The translations under genes were made by a program, and so were the position numbers. Of a stretch of DNA of 64,000 nt, positions 21,571 through 34,956 are shown piece by piece. The stretch is from assembly GCA_001949185.1 (NCBI GenBank), contig BDGG01000005.1, positions 248,001 through 312,000 on the forward strand. The letters are read 5' to 3'. Below the pieces are notes generated by a model. It ran no database searches. It was given only the letters and a program-made list of their open reading frames with translations, and was not told where the DNA came from. Source of the stretch: Ramazzottius varieornatus (lineage: Eukaryota; Animalia; Tardigrada). Position 1 is the stretch's first letter. Each line of letters begins with the position of its first letter.

Positions 21571-24500
21571 ATGGACGAGATTGTAGAGCGGGAGATCGCG
21601 TTGGAAGGTCTAGAAGGTAAGATGGTGGCGATTCAACTCTGTGTTTGGATCTTTTTGCTTCAAATTCGTGTTATCCTCTCCAGGTCTCACTTTGCCATCT
21701 TTCTGGATTCGTCTCAGCCAGGAATATAAGCGCCTTAACACGGTCACGATTACGAGGGCAGTAGCGGCGGAGACGGATACGACCAGCAAAGCTTTCCGGA
21801 AAGCAGCATGGGAAAGTGCGCTACGGAATGCTAAGATCGAGCTGTATGCGTTACCGGAGCCAAGAGACGTCATACCTCAGCATGAATACACAGATCTGGA
21901 GAATTATGCTTTCCGTGACGCGACTGGATCTAGTCCGTCCGCTGGCAAAAGAAAGCGGCCTGACGACGACGAGGATGGCGCGGAGGAAGTGGACAATGCT
22001 GTTTCGACGGAAGATACCGAGATGGAAGAACCGCGGCGCAGCAAGGCTGATAACTCCTATACGCATGGTTGGAAACAGGTATATTCTTTATTCTCCGCAG
22101 GCAAAGTAGTAAGCCATCCTATTACGAAGCCAAGACGTTCGCCGAGGTTTTTTACATACTAAAGAAATCTAAGTGATATTCGGTCAGTCATTTCAAGTTT
22201 AGTTTTCTGTGTCCGTAGGAAAGGTCCAGCGAACCCACCATACTAAATTCCTATGGGATGTACATACACAAGGATGCGACTCTCCGCGGATCGTGCCGGT
22301 ACTTGACCGAGCGCCAGAATATTACCGAGGATGTGAGGCGATCTAAGATGACGGCTGAGGCAGCTTACAAAAAGTGGGTAAACTGTACTTCCGGTTGCTT
22401 TTCCCGTACGGTAATGCACCACAGTAATGCATATGTTCCATGACAATTTCCTGCTTACAGATATGGGGATAAACTTGTTCTGGTGGCATCTCCAACAGTT
22501 CGGGAACAATGTATGGGAGTTGCGAACTTCTCGAAGGCGGAATGGGCGAAACTGACTGCCCAGGCATACTGCGTTTTGGAAGTCATCGTGAGGTAATCCA
22601 GTTCGCTTTCAGTTTTTATAGACATATGAAATGTATGTTGTGCACTGTATTCCATCAACGATTATCAGATGCGATGATGAGGCTTTTTGCAGACATCGAG
22701 CACACGGATGTTTTCTCTGCATATATGGCACCACAATGATTGGACTGGGAGTCAGGAACCTCAAACAGGTTCACAACTACACGTCCATACTGCAGGAACT
22801 CGGAGTAGTTTCGAAGCAGGTAACGTACGATACAGTAAATTCGATGGTATAGAAGTCTGCGCTGAGACTACCGGTAATTAATCAGAGTCGATAACATACG
22901 GATATTCTATTTCGGTCACAGAAGGGGAGGTTTAGGACAAATTTGCCGCAGCAAGGAGCTCACCAAGTTCTGACTTACATGTTTCCAACCGCTGTATCAA
23001 GATCAGTGAAGACTGAAATGGAGGTGTACGTGGACCAGCTGAGAGACGCTATCACAAAAGCTCCGGCTCATGGAATACCGATGGCACTGTTACCTCGTTT
23101 ACCAGTAAGCTCAGATCTTCCTGTTGATGCAATACGCATCTATTTTCGGCAATTAGGATGAATTGATCTGGAAAAAGGACTTTGTGTGTTTACAGGGTTA
23201 CCAGAAGGACAAAACGAACAAATTCAAGAAACGTCTGAAAGGCTTCTTCCCGGAACTAGAAGTGGAGTCAGTGCCAAAAGAGTCCCTACAAGACATTTAC
23301 ACGAATCTGGTCGGTGACAGAAATGGAATGGTTAGTGTGGTTCGTTGTCCTGCCACGGCTAAGGCGGAACCATCCAGTAAGAACAGTTCCATGAAAGGCC
23401 GGCCTCCATGCAGGGTTCCTGAAGACCTAGGTACAGTTGTAAACCTACTAACTTTCACCTTCTGTTCCGATAGCATTGATATCGTATTGTGTTATTTGTA
23501 GAAGTGACGCCAGGTCCCCGGCTGAACAAGAGTCTTATGAAAGCCACGCTGTTGATCTTCAAGGAGAACAAGGAACGCGGTCTCTCCCTTCCCGATTTGG
23601 AAGCAGTCTTCGCTGAACACAAGGTGACCAAGAAAATGGTGGAGAGACTGATGAAGCAGGTCTTGAAAACCGGCTACGTGGAGCCAAGTGGCAAGTTCCC
23701 CGGGAAGAACCCAGCGAAGAGGTACGTACAGGTTTTTGCTTCATACTGAGAGCTGGGTAAACATAACGGATATACAAGATCGCTATGTTGAGTGGCGCGC
23801 TCTTCCAGCAAACAAGAGTGAAACGGTGTGGTATTAAAGGTAACGAACTTGTACGTTTTGTTTATCCAGCTCCCAACTTTCTATTCGATGTATATATCCT
23901 TGCTTCTTTCTCTAGATACGTTCTGGTGAAGAATGAGGACGAAAGGCAGAAGCGGTTGGCGCAGGTGACGGGCGAAGCAGTGGACCTGTCTACCGAAAGT
24001 CCCTCTCGTGGCTTGGTTCCTGCCACGACACTACGGGACCGAGTGTTGGCTTGGGCTGAGAAGTTCAGGATGTTCGAGGACGCGAAGTTTCTCCAGACTT
24101 ACTACTCGTTTCTAGAACCAGATTACGGGTTTTTGGGGTTGGGTGATGTGATCACAGAAGTTGCCAATGCTGTGGACGCCGGTCTTTTTCGCTTCCATCT
24201 TATTCAGAAGGAAGTCATCCAGCCTGGCTCGCCTGGCTTCTCGACGTTCCTTTCCACCCTCGACGCTTCCCAGAACGAGCTGCAGACTTACGTCAAAAAT
24301 ATGGCATTTTCGACCGCGGTCAGAGCTTGTAAGTTTTGAGACCAACAGCGAATTGGTAACGACATTGGTATTTTCTACTGATATCAAATTTTTAGACTTG
24401 GCGCCAAATAAGAATATCGCCGGACAAGAAAGAAACAGTACGGTGGGTCGTATCACCGTATACCAAACCAAAAGTCGCATTCTCCGGTATCGGCTGTTTC

Positions 24501-27500
24501 ACCGATACCTCTTCTGTCTGGCGTACGAATCAGCGAATCCTCCGCCCGGAGGTTTCAAAGATTGGAGGGGCCGAATTCAACACGCGCAGCTCGCAAGTAT
24601 GAAAGCCCGATCGAAGACTGATAAAATGTCGACAATTAGAATAATTTAATAATATAGTAAATCAATATCATAAAGTAAATTAATTTCAAGTCAGTTTGAA
24701 TGGTTCTTTTTCTTCAGGAAATTTGAAAGGGTGGGTGACGTTCGAGGACATTCTCCGGAATATGCCACTGGCCGTCTTCGCCCGTCTGACACCTGTGACT
24801 TCTCCGGCGGACGATCATGAAAATGTCATCAAGAACACCGTAGAGTACGAGACTACGGCCATCCTTCCCTTGAGTGAACAGAGCGCCAGAGTTCTGCGCC
24901 ACATACTCAGCGACAGAACGTTCGTCCACCTGTTGCGTGCGATCTTGTTCTGTCTTCGGCAGATGGGTCTTGTAAGCTTTGGCCTCTCAGAAGGTTACTG
25001 GCCAGATCACACTGAACTGTATTACGTCCACGACGAGCTTACTCTGAAAGATACCATGTCTGTCCCAAGCGCCCACGTTGCGACAGGTACGCGGACCGGA
25101 ACTGAATTTCTGGAAGGCCCGCAAACGTTGCGTATAAGATTGTGATCTCAAGTTGCGCGCGTTTTCATTGTTGGTAACTGGAAGTGTGCGCCACTTCAAG
25201 TGACGATCTTGTGCGTTCGCTTGCTGGTCTTCCATCTATCAAAATGTTAAAGACTACTAATCATATGAATTCTCCTTTGGACGCGGCATATCGTAAGAGA
25301 TGGTTTTATATCGGCAGGTGTGATGGATGCGGTCATTGCTGCACAAGTTCCCGATATGCAGATCTCCTTCTCATCTGACTACGATGTGGTAAACTTCTGG
25401 CAAGACGTGGGGAATCAAACCATAGCCACAAAGCCGCGAACCCGAAAGAAAAAGACGGGAGCCGATGGCGAGCATCTTTCAGGTAACATGTTACCGGTCG
25501 TGAAGAAGAAGAAGCAAGAGAACAAGTTGGCGTCCCAGTACCAAGTAAAAGAAGCTATGCCGGAAGTGCTGCAGCAGATGACACCGCAAACGCTCACTCG
25601 TCCCTCGCGACCTCCAGGTAAAAAGAGACTGATGGTATATCGGTAAAAAAAACCGCTGAATGAAATAAGAAATAATTTTTGTTTAATACGACTAAACGTC
25701 TGTTACAGGCCAATGGCATGTTTGCTCAGGTGTCATTTTCATTCTTTTCCCGCATGAAAATTTCAAAATATTCGATTACGTCGAAAACTGAGGTTAAGAG
25801 GAAATGAGATGGTGGTGAAGGTTTGACCAGCGGCTGGTAGGAAAGCAGGACACTGGTCAACCGTTTGAGGAGCAACTGGCTTGCCAGGCTTTTCCGTGTA
25901 CTTAGTCATCACTTAAGCTTTTGCGGAGCCATAAGAGAAGATTCGCACTGCCCGAAACATATGATTCGGAAATCGGCACAAAAGCGACTTTCCTGTTCTC
26001 ATCTCCTTTCCTAAAATCTTACTGTCTTATACTTTTAGGCAGTAGACTGGCCTTATGTGGCTTCGACCCGATCGTCCGGCTGCATGTCAGGTACTTCTGG
26101 CTCCACGCCGAACAAGCCAGTCGGAACATGCAGAAGGAAGATGGCTACATTCCCGAACTGGACAGTTTCAAGCTTGACCACCTCAGTGCCACCCGAAGAA
26201 GAAAACAGGCTGACCGAGGAATCGACAAGCCCAAATACAAGAAAGTGAAGATAACGACGAACGGACGTGCCAAACGTGGACCGAAAAGGCTCGAACCCAG
26301 GCCCAAAATGGTTCCGGACACAGTCAAGAGGTACAGTATGTTATGTAAAACCTAGACAAACGAACTCGACAAGGCTGTTTTTTTTCTTCAAGTGGCGCAG
26401 TTTCCAGCCAATAGGATTGAAAACGTGCACCACTTTGGAAATAATAGTGTCGGGGGTGTTTGCTGAGCTTCCGTTCCTGGGAAAATTTAACTGTGGGTCA
26501 GAATCGAAATAGTTGTATTTTGTAGGGCGTTTGGGAACCGGTGGAACGGGCAACTCTTTCGAGAGACTTTACCGTGGAAGATGCACGAGAAGCTGCTGAT
26601 GATCGTGTATATCGCTTCGCGAGATCTCCTGCCTCGCTTGAAACAGAAAAGACCGGCGCATGTGGCCATCTTTCCCGACCTGATGGAAGACTATTTTCCC
26701 GATACGCCGCTTCGGAGGAGTCGTCGGGAGATCGAGGTGCATCTTTCGGCTCTCCAGCGTGACGAAAACTTCTTGCAACAGACAGCGATGATTCGAGAGA
26801 TCATCGAGATGGACCCTAAGGCACAAGAAATCATCAGGCAGAGTGAGGCCCGCAAAGAGAGTAAAACCACCTGGACCCTGTCGGAACAGTACGAAGAATG
26901 GAGACAATTGGTCCGCATTGGTATGGACATGATCCTGTCGAGACAGAAGTGCTCGAGGGCAGATAGGTTCTTGGCGGACGAGGACCCGAGGAAAGTCAAT
27001 GCAGCACAAGGTCCCTCGCAGCACGAGTGCATAAGGCAGTTTGTCCTCGGAAACTTGGTCATGGTATGTAAGGATATTCTTACAGGAAATTTTGCTAAAA
27101 ATAATCTCGAATAAAATGTGGAAGCTCGACAGAGAAACCTGATACGTTTTTCCAAGTGGCGCATGTTTTCAGTGTTCTTGGCTGAAAGCTGCGCCACTTG
27201 GAAAGACGATCTTGTCGAGTCTAATGAAAATGATCAGATGGTTTCAGCTGCTGTATGTGATATTTCTTCTGTAGCACACGATTATTCGTGGAAGGGTGGA
27301 TGATCCACGAGCTCTCAATGTAGCGATGAGAAAGGAAGATCAACGTGTTAGCGTGGGGATGGGTTTCCACCTGAACTTCCGAGGCGTCATCGTCACTAAA
27401 AAAATCTTTGAAAGACATCCCGACATGGTCGTCAACCTGGGCGGCATCGGAATGGGACCGTCCATGAGGTTCAAGGACTTCATCAAAGCGGCCAGCGAGA

Positions 27501-29449
27501 GCTGGTTGGGAGTGGCCGTTAATGTCGGGCAGGTCGAAGACATGACGGGCGAAGTGGACCCCCGGATTGCCTTGCCCTTCTACTTCGACGCTCTCACAGA
27601 CTACGCTGCTGAGTATCACTGGTCTTCGATCGAGCTAGACGTATGAAAATATATTTCTTAGAACGTGACTGAAATTCTGCATTCATCTTTCGTCCACCTG
27701 CATATTATCGTGCACCGTAGTAAAGCCCGTTCCGCGTAACACGACAAATGCGCCAGCATTGTGTTACAGTTGTTTACTGCACGGCACGGCATGGCGCGGT
27801 GTATGCAGGTAGCTGAATAGTTAGTGAGTCGTTTACATCAGGCTTTCACCCACCTGCATATATTCACCCGTATGTGAGTAGGCAGGTGCGGATGCTTCGG
27901 GCTTTTGGCGTGCTCGCTTAGTGGTCGCCTTTTTTAATCGCGTCTGTTGTTTTTCTGCAGAAAAGGGTGCAGATTGTGGGACTGTCGTCCTATCTGGAAG
28001 AGAACGAACTTTTCGACGAAGACCTCGAGTCGACCAATGCTGCTGACCAGTTCAAGTTTGTTGCGGTCCCAGGTCTACGCTTGGAAGACAGCAGCTTTCT
28101 GGGAATGTCAAAGCTCGTACAGTACGAGATAGCCGAACGTTTCGAAGCAGTCAAGAAGGAAATCGAAGCCGGCCTTCCATGGTCTGATACTGGTGAGGAG
28201 AGTGTGACAAACATCGCCTTTGACTGCAGCAGTAAAGTTTTCAACCAGTGTATGGCAGTCAAGAAGCTCGTGGCGGAGAAACAGGCGGCAGGAGTTACGA
28301 AGAAGTTCATCTGGGTAAATGAAACTCTAACTCGAGATATGATTTCATTTGCATGTATCTGACAAACCGACTCTTATAGGACGCCATGGAGGAGCATTTG
28401 AACCTACCGTTAGAACAATGTCCGGGTGTGTTTAATATTCTTCTGCAGCGCCATTTAATTATACCGGCAGGTATCGAAGAAGTTCTCTACGTTGCTGCGG
28501 ATCATATGGGTCCTTGGTTAAATCGGGCTCATAACGACCCGACGTAAGTCATTACATACTGCAGTTACGGTCTAGCTCTGTCAAAGTTTGCGTTCTACGT
28601 TTTCTGGTTTTTTTAGTAAAGCGTTCCAGCCACGGCCTTGGCTGTCTTTCAACGGCGAGATCCTGGGCGATATCCTGTACTCGCACTTGCAACTAGTTGT
28701 GCTGCGAATCTGCGAAAAGCCTTCCTCTCCGATCTCTGCATTGATCCGACACTTCCAGCCCTTCTTCTTTGGGCGTAACACAATCGAGATTATCGAAATA
28801 CTCGTGTCGCTTAAGTTGGTGAAGAAAATTCGATGCGATACGGTCGACGATGATCTGACGCAACTGCCCATCACCAAAGGTGCGAACGAAACACCAGTGC
28901 GGACTTCTAAAAATATTTCGGACAAAGTTTTCAGTTTTCATCCAGCGTTCATCGAAGATCATTCGACAGAATTTTATTTTTGAAGATTTGGAATGGATCG
29001 ACGACGGCGACACGGAACACATCCACGTAGAATGTAAAGAAAGCATTTGGCATTCCGTGATGGGTCTCTCTTTCTTGAAAGAACTACTGCACGTTACCAA
29101 CAAGGAACCTTTCTCTTCCGGTTCCGCCGTCAGCCCGCAGCCGTACTCTCGGACAGAAAACTCTCAAGTTGAGACAGTGAATTCTCAAGAGGAAGAAGAC
29201 GAAGCACCGGCTCCCTCGAAGAGGTCCAGAGAACAGCGAGTGGTGAGGAAGCGAGCCCTGTCACAGGAAGCCCAAGAAAATATCATCATGGCAGAGGTCA
29301 CCGAGACGGCTGAAGCGGAGGAGGACGAAGAGGGTTCGGCGAATGGTGCAGAAATCTCCGAAGATGAAAGTGAACACGAAGATGGGATGGAGGAACTCGA
29401 TCCTGACTTCTTCGCAACCTTTGACGGAAACAACACGGAAGAAGACTGA
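21571..29449 (+). CDS. GTF3C1: General transcription factor IIIC subunit 1 (B-box binding, TFIIIC220-like), multi-exon
   Basis: N-terminal EIALEGLEG-LTLPSFWIRL, RGSCRYLTERQNITEDVR, YGDKLVLVAS...YCVLE, C-terminal PRPW...VLRICEKP...HFQPF segment and an acidic tail. These match remembered GTF3C1 motifs. Confidence 0.88.
25135..25224. mobile_element. Palindromic MITE-like element, copy 1 (GTF3C1 intron)
   Basis: caagttgcgcgc-loop-gtgcgccacttc..acgatcttgtgcgttcgcttgc. Confidence 0.7.
26356..26445. mobile_element. Palindromic MITE-like element, copy 2 (GTF3C1 intron)
   Basis: aactcgacaag..caagtggcgcag-tttccagccaatag..-gtgcaccacttt. Confidence 0.75.
27121..27222. mobile_element. Palindromic MITE-like element, copy 3 (GTF3C1 intron)
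   Basis: ctcgaca..tttccaagtggcgca-loop-tgcgccacttggaaagacgatcttgtcgagt. Confidence 0.8.
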
Positions 29450-29656
29450 AGCCTCACGAAAGACCCGAACCACTTTTATACTGTAACGAACCTCCTTGTC
29501 TTTTCATAATCACACCTAATTGTCGCTGTAACTTCTCTTTTTATCCTTCGTCGTTCAATAAAGCTTCTGTAAAAACAGGCGAAATAAAATTAGAACCGGA
29601 AACTAGGCCTGGAATGCGATACGCGGAATAGGATGCAGTTAAAATTTGTTCAGCGT

Positions 29657-32600
29657 CTAGAATAAACCAGCCGACTTCTTCAAAGCTCCCTTCTTCCAGC
29701 TGGGCAAACCGGCAAATTCGCCGTATGACATACCAAAGACCTCGTGGAAGTCATTGTCGTTCAGGTAAGCTTCCTTGTTCATCGGATCCACTCCTTCCGG
29801 CAGCCCTTCCGCGTCCTTCACGCGAAGCATGCTGATCGGGTACTTGGCATCAGTATGCTCGTAATGGTCGTGGGAGTGGCCATGATGATGGTTACCATTG
29901 GTATTGGTCTTAAAATCGTATAAACACGGCCATGGGAGCGTACTTGAATACTGGTAACGACGAAAGCGATTCGTACCTTGTCTGCCAGAGCCTGTTTTTC
30001 ATGCGCAGAAATCGCCTGGCATGGTTCCCCGTCCGCGTGGTTGTGCTAATCGATAATAATCAATAATCAACCAATTAGAGATTGCAAATGATGCGCTGGT
30101 CGTTTCTCACCGTCCACAGGTCGAAGTCCCATACTCCGAAGAAACCAGTAAAGTTGGTTGGTTCGTGGCCTTGGAATATTTTAATGATGGGTGTGTTGAT
30201 ATCGCGACCCTTCGGATCTGTTCGTAAATACTCCTGTCCAACATAACATACAGTAAAACTGCGGGTGAGCTGAAATGTCTATCCAGCAGTCAGACAATCA
30301 AGTTTATCCCAGAAGTTTGGGCTGGTCGAGAAATTTCACCTGAGCAAGGATGGATGCGTTTTGCTTCTCTTGACGGTTCGCGCCTTCACCGATCCACATA
30401 AAAATAGCGTCGCCACTGTCCAGCAGCAGAACATCATCCGGAACCTTCAAACATAACCACACTTCACTCAACCTCACTTCACGAGCATGTTTTATTCGCC
30501 ACCTCAGTAAGATTCAAGAACGACTTCTGCGCCTGAGTCAGAGGAGTTTTTCCTACGAGTAATTTATCATATACCAAGTCATCTTGCGTAAAGTCGACCA
30601 GCTCTTCCGCGATGAAACGCCCACTGGCATTCGAGCAGTGAAACAAACGCGGAGTACGGTCGGGAATATCTTCCTGTAGGCGCTTCTCGTTGGGGTATTC
30701 CTCCTTTCCTCCTATCGCATTCCAAAAGTCCGGTTTCTCCATACCCTCGAAGACCAAAGTGGGTTCTCGGGTGGCTGTCGTGGCGATCTTGCGAGCCGCT
30801 TCTCTCTCGTCACCGGTGGAACCCTAAAACCAGTTAAAGAACACTGAGCAGCTCGACCACCTGATTAGCCGAGTATCCATTATTTATTACCTTTCCGGCC
30901 CACATATACGTCATGGTTTTCGTGACCAAGACAAAGGCATCATTCGAGTTTAGCGACGAGGCGCGTCTGGGTACTTCGATCGCCTTCGTGTTCGTACTGG
31001 AAGACCCGCGCACATGCAACAGGTATGAGTCTCGGGAATCCACCAGGTCGTCCTTCTGGCTCGACCTGGCGAAACCGCTCTTGACCCCACCCTGTGCGAG
31101 AACAAACTTGACTCAGGTGGCTGGCCAGTTCAAAAGCGAAACATACGGCAATCGAAAAAACGTGGTACCTCATGGATGACCATGCACCCGCCAAACATGG
31201 CCATGAAATGCGGTGTTTCCTTCCCCTGGACGATTCGCACTTGGACTGGTCCTCCGCCCATTCGAGTATCCATTTCCACCATCTTGACTGCTGCTGTTCC
31301 CTGCTCGTCTGCTGTGGACTTCCGACCGAGCCAAGTGTAGATGATGTGGCATTCGCGAACGCTGTTCCAGTAGGTGTATAGGATAACGTAACCTACGACA
31401 GAAGACTTTTCCGTTCAATTGTCAGTTGAAGCTCCTGTTCTGTACAAAATCCTGTTCTTACAGTCTCCCGAGTAAAAGGTCCCATATTCTTTAGGCTCCA
31501 GTGGTTTCAGGTCGAACTTGACGACCCGCCAGATGTCGCGTCGTCCACTGCCGTCGTCGACCATCTGATATTGCGCCGCCAGACTCCGCTTTTCGTGCAA
31601 AGAAGCTGCGTCAAACTTTGTTTGCACAGTCGGAGCTGTGAATGTAACAATTTACCGTCAATATAACCTCTGGCCTTTGTGTCAGTGAATAAATAGTTAC
31701 AAATAGGCTAGCATAAACAAGATGGTGAGCGGGAACTGACCTATCTTGTTGAAGGAGCGATCCATCCACTTGGGTCGCTGCGTCTCGTCCTTCTCAATCC
31801 ACACTTTGAATAATGCGCGGAACTCAATGGGTTCTGCACCATCAATCACGCGGATAATGGGGGTGCCGTTAGGGTATCCTTTTTTGTTGATGAAACCCTG
31901 CAATAAAATTTCCATAAAACCAGATAGGGGCATCGAACAGAAACCAGGGTCGACCTATTTCAGGACCAAGCCAGGCTTCCCTTATTTCTACTCCGGACGC
32001 TTATAGGCAGTCCCGTTTCAGTGGTTTACGTGTCATAATAACCATCCGAAATCGCCATTGCACTGTGGCTATAGTCAGCTCATAATCGTACTGCTTAATT
32101 AAGATCTACCACCAAAACTGAGTATTCTGTTTGGTGGATGAAGCTTTGAAAAATAACTACCTGTGCATTTCGCATGGCTTCGTTGCGTTCGGTCTTCGTG
32201 GCGTTCTTCCCGATCCAAACCCAGATGCCGTTGGAGTGGTTGTCCACAATAAAAGAGTCCTGCAAAATGGATAATTACGTCACTGTGAAAATGGAGTACG
32301 GGCACAGTAGTTCGAGGAAGTGATTGAATCGTACGTCCGAGTTCAGATCGCTTTGCAGTAATGGCCCGCCCTTCACTTCCGTTATCTTGAAGGTTCCCTC
32401 GGCATCGCTACATCGATACAGACGTAACTGTTCGGCAGATACTCGTTCGTGGATGACGTCGGAGCTGGCTGCATCTGGGCTTGCTTTTCCCAAGGTGATC
32501 TTTCGTACGTCCAAAAATTCGCTGAACGCCTAAAGAAAAACAGTTTCCAAGTTAGCCGCAGAGAAAAGCGCGCCGCTTTCATCAGCGACCGGTGCGAGCG

Positions 32601-33892
32601 TTACCGCTTTCTCGTCTTCCGGTAAGAGATGCTCTTTCCCGTCGTCCACAAACACAATGGTGTGTTCGCCTCCGTGCTCGCTCTTGAGCTTGTGTGCAAT
32701 CTTCGAGCCTTGATGCTTCTCGTACATATTAGCGTTCTTGCCGATCCAAACGAAGATGGAGCCGCCAGTGTCCAAGACGAAGACGTCGCCATCGTTCATG
32801 TTCTTCCAGGCGATTTCACGGATCTAAAGATATTTTTGAAGAAAGTAAATCTCAGTCTTATTATGCTACCACCAAACCGACAAACGAGTCTTACGCACCT
32901 CTCGAATAACAGGCCGCCGTTTTCCCTTGACGTGGAAAAGGTGTGGCTTGTGAACCAAGTCCAAAGGCTTCAGTCCGCTCTCCACACCGCCTTCCAAATA
33001 CCTATTCAGAATATTCAAAAATTGCTTTCGACCCAGATCCTTTCACATTCCAGGAAAGGCTTCAAATAATTCAATGCCATTTGAGAGCTCTTACCGGATG
33101 CCCGATGGAAAGTAGCTCTTGAAACGCTCCGACTCGGCCCCTTGCACCTCGCGGTGCTGTACGGGCGACCCATCTAAGTAGTCATCGAGCTCCACGCTCT
33201 TGATCGCAGCCACTGCAGCTTCATCCTAAAAAGAGAGTCCAGTAATAACACGTTAACGAATTCTGCGTTCATGGTTTTGGGTCCAGCAATGGATGCAAGA
33301 TGTCAGCAATGACCCCCATACCTGGGAAGTGTTCTCGCCCAGCCAGAAGTGCACTCGCAGATCGCCATGTCCTCGAAGATCGCGCGGCTGTAAATATCAA
33401 TTCGTTAAAATCAGACCAGAGAGTGAAGCTGCCGGAAGCCCCGTACGCGCAAAGAGGGAGTGCTAGGCTGCGGCTGATAGAGTTCAATATCGTTCCCGCG
33501 ACCTGCGTACCTTGATATTGATTCCGGGTCGTTCGAATTTGTCCGACGCCTGAAATAAAAACCGACAATCTTCGAATCGTCAGTTCCTCTTGTGGGGGCT
33601 TGAGTTAACAGACAACATGTGACTTCTGCTTACGAACCGAGTAGATAATGTAAGAGTCGCCATTGTAAAAACTTCCGTATTGCTCCTTTGGTACAGGGAC
33701 AACTTGCAGCGTCTGCAACAGAACAACACCGGTGGAATTCAATGAATTCAATTCATTACCCAATAGACACTGCAAGCTTGGACATACCTCGATTCTCCAG
33801 ATCAAAAATGCGTTCTGCTCCCTAGGGACTACTTTGAATGCCGGATCAACGGAGGGAGTTCCTGGGCGGCTTCCAGGTACGTTGGGAGACAT
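29657..33892 (-). CDS. Villin/advillin-like actin-binding protein (gelsolin repeats plus headpiece), multi-exon
   Basis: [70 protein letters not shown]; headpiece [39 protein letters not shown]. Confidence 0.95.
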
Positions 33893-34956
33893 GGTGCAGA
33901 ATTCTGAATACCCTTTCAGCCCGCGGGGAAGCAACTGAGCAAAAACCGGATGTCAAGTACGGAATTTCTACAAAGTGTTTCGAGCTCCGTTATTAAATTC
34001 GAACGGATTTTTAGTTTACAGTTGCGCAGTCAAATCATCCGGGTTTTTTTGTAAACCCTTAAAAGTCGACCTTACGTACGTGGACTACGAATATACTGAC
34101 ACTATACGTGCTGCATTCTAAACTTTGTGGTGCTCTTTACGTAAAGGTACACACCGATGATAAAGTTTATCGAGAAACATGAATAATTCACTGATCAAAA
34201 GGCACCCGGAATACAGAAAGAGCATTTTACACGGTGACCGTGACTAGGTGCAATCGCATAATCGAGATAAGGAAACAATGACAAGATTGTAAAGGGCAGG
34301 ATATACGCTATATATTCGATATCAGGCTACTTTGTGATCCATTCGATTGTTGTCGACCAATCAAAATTCATTGCCCCCGATCAACCATCACCAAATGTCT
34401 AGGCGGCGTCCTTGACATGAAGAAATGAGTTTACGTAACTTTAAGCTGGCCGATCCGTCGAAAAAAACCGCATGCTAATAAGACTTCATGAAAAGCACTG
34501 AACGCAGCCTGACTGGAATTTATTCTCATGGCCCTGCGCACCAGACTTGCTGCCAGAACTTAGAGTAGAAACTAGCGAGCAGCATGATTACGGGCGAGAA
34601 GCATTTGTTGGATAACGTGATAACGTGCCAGGTTCGCTGAAGTTAAGGAACCAGTAAAAAAGGGGGTTCCGCACTACAGCTATACAGTACCGTATACTGT
34701 ATCACCGGCTTCCGATGAGAATTGCACAGACCGTTTGCAGTTTAACAATGTTCGCCGCAACCCGGAAGTTCAGTGCAAGATACTCCCTCAGGTGGACTGT
34801 TGCGGAGAAACAAAGGAATCCCACACTTTGTAACGGATAAATCTGGAAAAGCCCCCCAAACCGAATTGTCTAGATGGAACACAATCGTTAAAAGATTTGA
34901 TATGATAAGGACTTGATATCGAAAAGAACCCATGTCTATCACTAAACCAATTGTCG

